NCBI GenBank assembly: GCA_015063545.1
Contig: SVTX01000004.1
Span: 4,691-68,690 of the forward strand
Length of the DNA: 64,000 nt
DNA from: Oscillospiraceae bacterium
GTDB taxonomy: Bacteria > Bacillota > Clostridia > Oscillospirales > CAG-272
Direction: 5' to 3'
The stretch's first letter is position 1, and the number at the start of each line of letters is the position of its first letter. Below the pieces are notes generated by a model. The model ran no database searches and was not told the origin of the DNA. It was given only the letters and a program-made list of their open reading frames with translations. This document shows, piece by piece, positions 57,719 through 64,000 of the stretch. Made by a program: the position numbers and the translations under genes.

Positions 57719-57735
57719 TAAGTTTATGAAAAAAA

Positions 57736-58590
57736 TCAGAGTATTTTGTCGTAAAGAGCCGCGCCCATGACTGTGCCGAAGCTTGCGTTCTCGGGAATAA
57801 TGAAATTTATACCGAATGAATCAAGCGCGCCGAAAACATCTCTTACGGGTTTTATGGTTGTGAGATTGCCTATGAGAACAACATTGTTAAGTCCAAGACC
57901 GCGCGCGGCAAAGACCGACATCATGGCTATAGTTTCGGCAACCATGTTTGCAACTCCAAGTGCGATATCTCCCGATGTTGCCATGTCGGAAAGCTTACCG
58001 AAATTGGAAGCGGTAAGATTTTCATTTACGCCTGTGAATTTTGAATTGTTTGAAATGTCTTTTACTCTAAGGTCTATATTGTCCAAAGAACCGCTTTCGC
58101 AAAGCTCTTCAATGTGTTCTACCGTGTTTACACCCGTCATTTTTTTTGTAAGTCCAATGAGGGTACCTCCACCAACACCTGTGCCTCCAAGATAATTTGT
58201 TTCTATGTTTTCACCGTCTCTTTTTGCGTGTATAATGGCGGTTCCCGTTCCCATGCTGACGATTATTGCTTCATCAAGCTGTGAAAGGTACAGTCCTCCG
58301 ATTCCCGCCGCATCAAATTCCGGCACTTTATGGCTACACAGAGAATATATAGGCTTTTGCATATGAGTTGCCCCAACGCCGGTCACCATTACTCTGTCAA
58401 TGTCTTCGAGACTGAGATTGTTTTCAGTTGTGAATTTTCCAAATGCTCCGTAAATAGAGGTTATGGGATCGGTAGCCCGAACGAATATAGGAGATATAAG
58501 CTCTCTGTTATTTCCGCACACACGAAATCCTGCGATTTTTGTTGTGCTTCCGCCAACGTCTATGCCGATAATATTTTGTGTTTTTTTCAT
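57736..58590 (-). CDS. coaW: Type II pantothenate kinase
   Basis: IGIDVGGSTTKI, EFDAAGIG, SMGTGTAI, GGTGVGGGTLIGL, DLRVKDI and LTASNFG parallel the staphylococcal CoaW motifs. Confidence 0.85.
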   Translation of the reverse strand: MKKTQNIIGIDVGGSTTKIAGFRVCGNNRELISPIFVRATDPITSIYGAFGKFTTENNLSLEDIDRVMVTGVGATHMQKPIYSLCSHKVPEFDAAGIGGLYLSQLDEAIIVSMGTGTAIIHAKRDGENIETNYLGGTGVGGGTLIGLTKKMTGVNTVEHIEELCESGSLDNIDLRVKDISNNSKFTGVNENLTASNFGKLSDMATSGDIALGVANMVAETIAMMSVFAARGLGLNNVVLIGNLTTIKPVRDVFGALDSFGINFIIPENASFGTVMGAALYDKIL

Positions 58591-58709
58591 GTTTACAATA
58601 TCCTCCGTCGGATTTTTAAAACAAATATTATAAACATTATATCACCATATTGAAAAAAAATCAATATTGTGATATAATATTAGTAATAATTTTTTACGGA
58701 GATAATTTT

Positions 58710-60479
58710 ATGGCTTTTGATGCTGGCATGCTTGCATGCGTGGTAAATGAATTGAATACCTTGGGCGCAGGCGGCAAGATCGAAAAGATATACCAGCCCG
58801 AAAAGGAAGAAATAATTCTTCTTTTGCGTTCACAAGGAAAAAACAGAAAATTGATCATCAACGTGGGATCGTCCTGCCCTCGCATCGGGTTTACGGAAAT
58901 ACAAAAGGAAAACCCACTTCAAGCGCCCATGTTTTGTATGCTTTTGAGAAAACATCTCATAGGAGCCACCCTATCCGGTGTTTCTCAGGAAGGCTTTGAA
59001 CGCGTTGCACGTCTTACTTTTGATACAAGAGACGAGATGGGCTTTGAATGTAAAAAATACATTTTTGCCGAGATCATGGGCAAATACAGCAATCTTATAT
59101 TTGCCGATGAGAATTTTAAGGTCGTTTCTGCGCTTAAAATTATTGATTTTACTACCAGCAGTCTGAGACAGATTCTGCCGGGAATGATATATGAGCTTCC
59201 TCCCATTCAAAATAAGCAGAATCCGCTTGAAGAAACTCGCGAGGGATTTGCGGCAAGGCTTTCTGCCTTCCCCGCTGACAAGAGCATAGAAAAGTTTATA
59301 ATTTCAAATTATCTGGGGATATCTTCGTCAAATGCCAGAGAGATAGCATTTTGCGCAACCAGAAAGCTTGACGCGTTGATTTGTGAGTGTTCTGTGGATA
59401 TTTTGTGGACGAGTTTTTGTTCTTTTACGGATATAATCAAAAATAATGAGTATTCTCCGTGTGTGATCTTTGAGAGCAAAATGCCGATAGAATATTCGTT
59501 TGTAAGGCTTTCGCATTACGGCAATGAGCTTGATTGTCGTGATTTTGAAATGGTATCCGAATGTTTGGACGCATTCTTTGAGGGACGCGATAAAGAGCAA
59601 AGAATAAAGCAACGCGCTGCTGATATTTTGCGCATGCTCACAAATACGGAATCAAGACTTCTTAAAAAACTTGAAGCTCAGCGCAAGGAGCTTGCGGAAT
59701 GTGAGCTGGGAGAAAAATATAAAAAATACGGCGACCTTATAACTTCAAATCTCTATATGCTGACACGAGGACAGACAGATGTCGAGCTTACGGATTATGA
59801 GGCTTGGGATGAGAATGCCGGAGAGTATGGAAAAGTGATCATAAGTCTCGATTCCAGATTGTCTCCTGCGGCAAATGCGCAAAGATATTACAAGCGTTAT
59901 AACAAGTCCAAAACGGCAAAAGTCGAGCTTGCAAAGCAAATAGACATGGGAGAACGAGAGCTTGAATATATATATTCTGTGTTTGACTCATTGACAAAGG
60001 CTGAAACAACGGCGGATCTTTGCGAAATACGCGATGAGCTGTACCGTTCGGGATATGCATCCAAAATGAAAGGATATTCCGCGCCCAAAAAGCAACCCAC
60101 GCCTTCCCTTGCGCAGTTTGAGACAACAAACGGATATAAGGTTTATTGCGGCAAAAACAATATTCAAAATGAATATATCACGCACAAAGTAGCCGAAAAA
60201 CACGACTATTGGTTCCATGCCAAGAATGTAGCGGGTTCTCACGTTTTGATGGTAACAAACGGCGAAGAGCCGCCTGCAGAGGACTTCACCGATGCCTGCA
60301 TGATCGCGGCATATTACTCAAAGGCAAAGGATGGAGAGAGCGTTGAGGTAGATTATCTGTTTGCAAGAGGCGTGAAGAAAGTTCCGGGAGCAAAGCCCGG
60401 ATTTGTAGTCTACCACAACAATTGGAGCGCGTATGTTACCCCCGACGAGGAAAAAGTTCTTTCGATGAGAATAAAGTGA
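58710..60479 (+). CDS. rqcH: Ribosome quality-control factor RqcH (NFACT/FbpA family)
   Basis: MAFDAGMLACVVNEL...IEKIYQPEKEEIILLL, a coiled-coil middle region, and the NFACT-R region GSHVLM. Start moved to ATG 58710. Confidence 0.85.
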   Translation: MAFDAGMLACVVNELNTLGAGGKIEKIYQPEKEEIILLLRSQGKNRKLIINVGSSCPRIGFTEIQKENPLQAPMFCMLLRKHLIGATLSGVSQEGFERVARLTFDTRDEMGFECKKYIFAEIMGKYSNLIFADENFKVVSALKIIDFTTSSLRQILPGMIYELPPIQNKQNPLEETREGFAARLSAFPADKSIEKFIISNYLGISSSNAREIAFCATRKLDALICECSVDILWTSFCSFTDIIKNNEYSPCVIFESKMPIEYSFVRLSHYGNELDCRDFEMVSECLDAFFEGRDKEQRIKQRAADILRMLTNTESRLLKKLEAQRKELAECELGEKYKKYGDLITSNLYMLTRGQTDVELTDYEAWDENAGEYGKVIISLDSRLSPAANAQRYYKRYNKSKTAKVELAKQIDMGERELEYIYSVFDSLTKAETTADLCEIRDELYRSGYASKMKGYSAPKKQPTPSLAQFETTNGYKVYCGKNNIQNEYITHKVAEKHDYWFHAKNVAGSHVLMVTNGEEPPAEDFTDACMIAAYYSKAKDGESVEVDYLFARGVKKVPGAKPGFVVYHNNWSAYVTPDEEKVLSMRIK

Positions 60480-60486
60480 GGTAAAT

Positions 60487-61290
60487 ATGTTGGAATTTAT
60501 CAAACTGTTTGCAGCGGTCTTGTTTTTGCCGTTGCTTCCCGTGATATTTTGCGGATTAGCAGTCAACGTGTCGGAGAAGATGTTTTTGAAAATGACAAAG
60601 GGCTTTGGACGTGGCGTAGTGATCGTGACCTCTATGATCGGAACTCCGGTGCATGAGCTTGGACATGCTATGATGTGTCCTATTTTCGGTCATAGGATCA
60701 AAAAAATGTGCCTTTGGAATCCAAAAGCGCCGAACGGAGTATTAGGATACGTTAATCACACATATAATAGAAGGAATATATGGCACAGATTGGGAAGCTT
60801 TTTTATAAGTATAGGTCCCGTTCTTATAGGGCTTTGCGTTATAACGGTAGTTATGCTTATTTGTTTTCCTTCTACGATTCAAGAATATTATTTGTCTGCG
60901 CTTTCATGCGAAGCAGGACTCAGCGGTGCGTTTGAGATGATCGTGGAATGTATCAAAATGATACCCTTGGCAATAACCGATGACTCAATGCCTGTGTGGG
61001 TTAAAATCATAGGGTGCGTTCTCATTCTTTCGGTGTGCTTACATATAAGCCTTAGCCCCGCCGATATAAAAAACAGCTTTATTGGATTTCCAATATATGC
61101 GTTGATATCTCTTGGAGTATCATTAATTATATTTTTTGTATCAGGTCAGTCCTCTCATGAAGCTATATCTGTTTTGAGCAGAGTGTCATTTATGGGATTT
61201 GCTCTTTATATGGTAGTATTTGCCGGTATAATATTACTGCTGATGATTGGATTTTTATGTTTTATCATAGGAAGATTATTTGGCAGATAA
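60487..61290 (+). CDS. Polytopic membrane protein with an HExxH motif (putative M50/zincin-like metalloprotease)
   Basis: 267 aa with GTPVHELGHAMMCPIFGH at a TM boundary and about 6 further hydrophobic helices. Lies 8 nt after rqcH. Confidence 0.45.
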   Translation: MLEFIKLFAAVLFLPLLPVIFCGLAVNVSEKMFLKMTKGFGRGVVIVTSMIGTPVHELGHAMMCPIFGHRIKKMCLWNPKAPNGVLGYVNHTYNRRNIWHRLGSFFISIGPVLIGLCVITVVMLICFPSTIQEYYLSALSCEAGLSGAFEMIVECIKMIPLAITDDSMPVWVKIIGCVLILSVCLHISLSPADIKNSFIGFPIYALISLGVSLIIFFVSGQSSHEAISVLSRVSFMGFALYMVVFAGIILLLMIGFLCFIIGRLFGR

Positions 61291-61309
61291 GTAAATATTT
61301 TGCCGAGTA

Positions 61310-61338
61310 TTGACAAATCGCGGTTTATGTGTTATAAT
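61310..61338 (+). promoter_or_regulatory. SigA-type promoter: TTGACA, 17 nt, TATAAT
   Basis: aTTGACAaatcgcggtttatgtgtTATAATaa. The -35 is 61310-61315 and the -10 is 61333-61338. Confidence 0.6.
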
Positions 61339-61413
61339 AAACTTGTTGTTTTTACAACATTTAAATTTTCCAAAGAAAATGCCGCCTGAATTGCGGCTGA
61401 ACGGAGATTGTAT

Positions 61414-63135
61414 ATGAATAAGAAATTATCAAACAGGAAAAGAATTGAAAGACCGGACCTTCGCATATGGGACGTAAACGACCTTTTGAGTTATATATCG
61501 TCTCATGGAGACAAAACGGCGTACAGATATTTTGAAAACGACAGACTTAAGGAAATGACATATTCCAAGTTTTATAAGATGACTATGTCTGTTGCCGCGG
61601 GATTTAATAAAATGGGACTTGTTGGCAGACGTGTTGCGGTTATCGGTGACACATCACCTCAATGGCTTGCCACTTACATTGGCGCATTGGCAAGTGGCAC
61701 GGTTATCATTCCTATGGATAAAGAGCTTGCTATATCCGAGATTGAAAAATTCCTGGAGCAGGTCGATGCAGACGCTATTGTCTACTCTAAATCGTTTAAT
61801 GAGAAATTTATTTCTACCATAAGCTCACATCCTACGGTAAAATATTTTATCCCGATAAGTGCAGAATACGGTGAGGAATTTAACAGTAAGGTCCTTCCCT
61901 TTGCAACACTTCTTGAATATGGCGAGGAAAATCTCGCACAGGGATATAAGGTGCCTATCGTTAAAAACCGTGAGGAAATGTGCGAGATGCTCTTTACCTC
62001 CGGAACAACGGGTACAAGTAAATGCGTAATGCTTTGTCAGAAGAATATTTTCTCGGCAGTTGAATCTGCATTGGCATCAGTATGCTTTGTATCGGATGAC
62101 GTTGTAATGTCGGTTCTTCCCGTTCATCATACGTATGAGCTGATGTGCTTGCTTGCTGAACTTGTATTGGGTATCACTACATGTATAAACGATTCGCTTC
62201 GCCACGTTATGAAGAATCTTTCGCTGTTCAAGCCTACGGGATTGGTGCTTGTTCCCTTGTTCCTTAACACAATGTACAGAAAGATATGGTCTGAGGCTGA
62301 AAAGTCCGGTCGAGATAAAGTGCTTCGTACGGGTATGAAGCTTTCGGGTAATTTGCGTAAGGTCGGTATAGACGTCAGAGGAAAGCTCTTTAAGTCTGTT
62401 ACCGAGGCATTTGGAGGAAGACTTGACCATATTATTTGCGGTGGCGCAAAGCTTAACCCCGAGATCGTGTATGCTTTTGAAGAATTCGGAATTTCCGTGT
62501 TTGAGGGATTCGGAATAACAGAATGCTCTCCCCTTGTATCGGTTGACAGATATTACAACCGCCGCCCCGGCTCTATTGGTCCTTCTGTTCCCGCATGTCA
62601 GGTCAGAATAGATCCCAATGGCGAGCAGACCGAGGAAGGCTATGCTATGGGTGAGATACAGGTTAAGGGTGACAACGTCATGCTTGGCTATTACAACAAC
62701 GAGGAAGCGAATGCGGAAGTATTTACCGATGACGGCTGGTTCCGTACGGGAGACGTGGGATATCTTGATGCTGACAGATATATCTACATTACGGGTAGAA
62801 TAAAGTTTGTTATCGTTCTTGAAAACGGTAAGAACGTATTCCCGGAGGAGATCGAGGAGTATCTTGAAACAATAGATACCATAAGCGAATCATGTGTTAT
62901 CGGACGTAAGGCCGCTGACAGTGACAGTATTATTCTCACTGCGGTCGTTTATCCCAACTTTGCTAAGTTTGCCAAGGGCGCAAGCGATGATGAGATAAAG
63001 GAGACTATACGCCGAGAGATCAATGCGGTAAACAAGAAGCTCCCCACCTTCAAGCAGATCAAGGCTGTTGAGATCCGTAAGACTGAGTTTGAAAAGACTA
63101 CTACAAAGAAGATAAAGAGACAGCTTGTAAAATAA
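61414..63135 (+). CDS. Long-chain acyl-CoA synthetase (AMP-forming adenylate enzyme)
   Basis: MLFTSGTTGTSKCVML (AMP motif), GFGITECSP, WFRTGDVGYLD and a C-terminal KK..R lysine region. ATG 61414 lies 7 nt after ACGGAGA. Confidence 0.8.
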   Translation: MNKKLSNRKRIERPDLRIWDVNDLLSYISSHGDKTAYRYFENDRLKEMTYSKFYKMTMSVAAGFNKMGLVGRRVAVIGDTSPQWLATYIGALASGTVIIPMDKELAISEIEKFLEQVDADAIVYSKSFNEKFISTISSHPTVKYFIPISAEYGEEFNSKVLPFATLLEYGEENLAQGYKVPIVKNREEMCEMLFTSGTTGTSKCVMLCQKNIFSAVESALASVCFVSDDVVMSVLPVHHTYELMCLLAELVLGITTCINDSLRHVMKNLSLFKPTGLVLVPLFLNTMYRKIWSEAEKSGRDKVLRTGMKLSGNLRKVGIDVRGKLFKSVTEAFGGRLDHIICGGAKLNPEIVYAFEEFGISVFEGFGITECSPLVSVDRYYNRRPGSIGPSVPACQVRIDPNGEQTEEGYAMGEIQVKGDNVMLGYYNNEEANAEVFTDDGWFRTGDVGYLDADRYIYITGRIKFVIVLENGKNVFPEEIEEYLETIDTISESCVIGRKAADSDSIILTAVVYPNFAKFAKGASDDEIKETIRREINAVNKKLPTFKQIKAVEIRKTEFEKTTTKKIKRQLVK

Positions 63136-63140
63136 TTTTG

Positions 63141-63172
63141 AAGGTCCACCCCGTAAAGGGTGGGCCTTTAAA
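63141..63172 (+). terminator. Intrinsic terminator
   Basis: AAGGTCCACCC-CGTAAA-GGGTGGGCCTT (one G-U pair) followed by TAAATAT. The T-run is weak. Confidence 0.6.
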
Positions 63173-63268
63173 TATAAAAAATTTGATATTTCTATTGTAA
63201 TTGAGGAAAATAAATGCTATAATGTATTTGTATAACTGTGCCGACGTATCGGCGGAACGGAGATTTTT

Positions 63269-64000
63269 ATGAATCACGGTTTTGTAAAGATTGCTGTCGC
63301 AACGCCTAAAATAAAAGTTTGCGACGTGGAATTTAATACGGATGAGTGTATCCGGCTGTTTAATTTGGCATCGAATGACGGCGCAAAGGTAGTTCTTTTC
63401 CCCGAGCTTGCGCTGACGGGTGCTACTTGCGGAGATATGTTTTTCTCCGACAGACTTATAAGCTCTGCGCTTGATGGGCTTAGAAATTTTGTATATGCTT
63501 CTGCTATGACCGACACGGTTGCAATCATAGGATTGCCTATGGTCTGCTCTGACAAGCTTTACTCCTGCGCGGCAGTAGTTCAGGGCGGACAAATACTTGG
63601 AATAGTTCCGAAAACAAATATTTCCGAGAGATGCGGCAGATGGTTTACAGCTTGTCCCGATATGAACTATTCGTATATGTTTGATGACAATGTGCTTATG
63701 TTTGGCAACAAGCAGATATTTGTGTGCAGAAATATGCCGGAGTTCAAATTCGGTGTGGAGTTTTATGACGATCTATGTGCGCCTGTCTCGCCTTCGTGCG
63801 ATTTGACGGTTGCGGGCGCGAATATGATATTCTGTCCCGGCAGTGAGCGCTATACAGTAGATTCTGATAAAGAACAGATTATGCTTTCCACAGCTCAGTC
63901 GAAAAAGCTTGCTTGCGGATATATCATAGCGTCGGGCAATATGAACGAATCCACGACGGACGGAGTTTTCGGTGGCAGCGCGTTTATTTGTGAAGACGGT
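63269..64000 (+). CDS. nadE: Glutamine-dependent NAD+ synthetase, N-terminal nitrilase (CN-hydrolase) domain (3' end beyond the window)
   Basis: Absent from the track because no stop lies in the window. ATG 63269 opens MNHGFVKIAVATPKIKVCDVEFNTDECIRLFNLASNDGAKVVLFPELALTGATCGDMFF..., and the frame stays open to 64000. Confidence 0.75.
   Translation, partial: MNHGFVKIAVATPKIKVCDVEFNTDECIRLFNLASNDGAKVVLFPELALTGATCGDMFFSDRLISSALDGLRNFVYASAMTDTVAIIGLPMVCSDKLYSCAAVVQGGQILGIVPKTNISERCGRWFTACPDMNYSYMFDDNVLMFGNKQIFVCRNMPEFKFGVEFYDDLCAPVSPSCDLTVAGANMIFCPGSERYTVDSDKEQIMLSTAQSKKLACGYIIASGNMNESTTDGVFGGSAFICEDG

Noticed and set aside
57643-57735. Looked for a T-box leader upstream of alaS
   Set aside because: Only about 93 nt separate alaS from coaW, and they contain a consensus promoter. 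There is no room for a ~200-nt T-box, and no specifier or T-box sequence is seen.
61379-61417. 12-codon upstream ORF (MPPELRLNGDCI) whose stop overlaps the acyl-CoA ligase start (ATGA), and which contains the hairpin GCCGC-CTGAATT-GCGGC
   Set aside because: It has a weak or absent SD and a very short hairpin, so there is insufficient evidence for a leader-peptide attenuator.
1-64000. Scanned for CRISPR arrays, tRNA/rRNA genes, large direct repeats and prophage or IS genes
   Set aside because: No regularly spaced repeats, no cloverleaf-like or rRNA-like segments, and no non-coding stretch longer than about 215 nt. Nothing supports such features.

Overview
This 64 kb window is a gene-dense chromosomal segment with about 58 protein-coding genes on both strands and short spacers. 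It looks like a low-to-moderate GC, endospore-forming Firmicute of the Clostridia type (dpaA/dpaB, whiA, dnaE, rqcH, type II pantothenate kinase, tex, MEP-pathway ispD/E/F). Most genes are housekeeping. They cover cell wall (class A PBP, murB, SLT), translation and tRNA modification (alaS, prfA, tsaB/C/E, an RsuA-like synthase), replication and topology (dnaE, a ParC/GyrA-like A subunit), and cofactor, nucleotide and sugar-phosphate metabolism (coaE, coaW, prs, fhs, nadE, rpiB, rpe). I see no rRNA, tRNA, CRISPR array, transposase, integrase or phage gene. The one clear accessory insert is an AT-rich two-gene restriction-modification cassette at 21273-23826 on the minus strand: a Dam-class m6A methyltransferase followed by an AlwI/Nt.BstNBI-family endonuclease. 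It sits between a phosphoglucomutase gene and dnaE, and that phosphoglucomutase is itself split by a single frameshift near 20200-20211. Weaker leads are: an HTH-TPR (RNPP-like) regulator behind a triple 11-mer array; several promoter-to-terminator small membrane protein genes, one missing from the ORF track; a PHP phosphoesterase plus domain-I-less MutS-family ATPase pair; two apparently degenerate pseudoenzymes; and a ComEC whose metallo-beta-lactamase motifs are lost. Many intergenic regions carry textbook TTGACA-17-TATAAT promoters and hairpin/T-run terminators. I did not find a convincing multi-gene system that is obviously new, so the findings are ranked leads. All family assignments come from motif recognition by eye, not from database searches.
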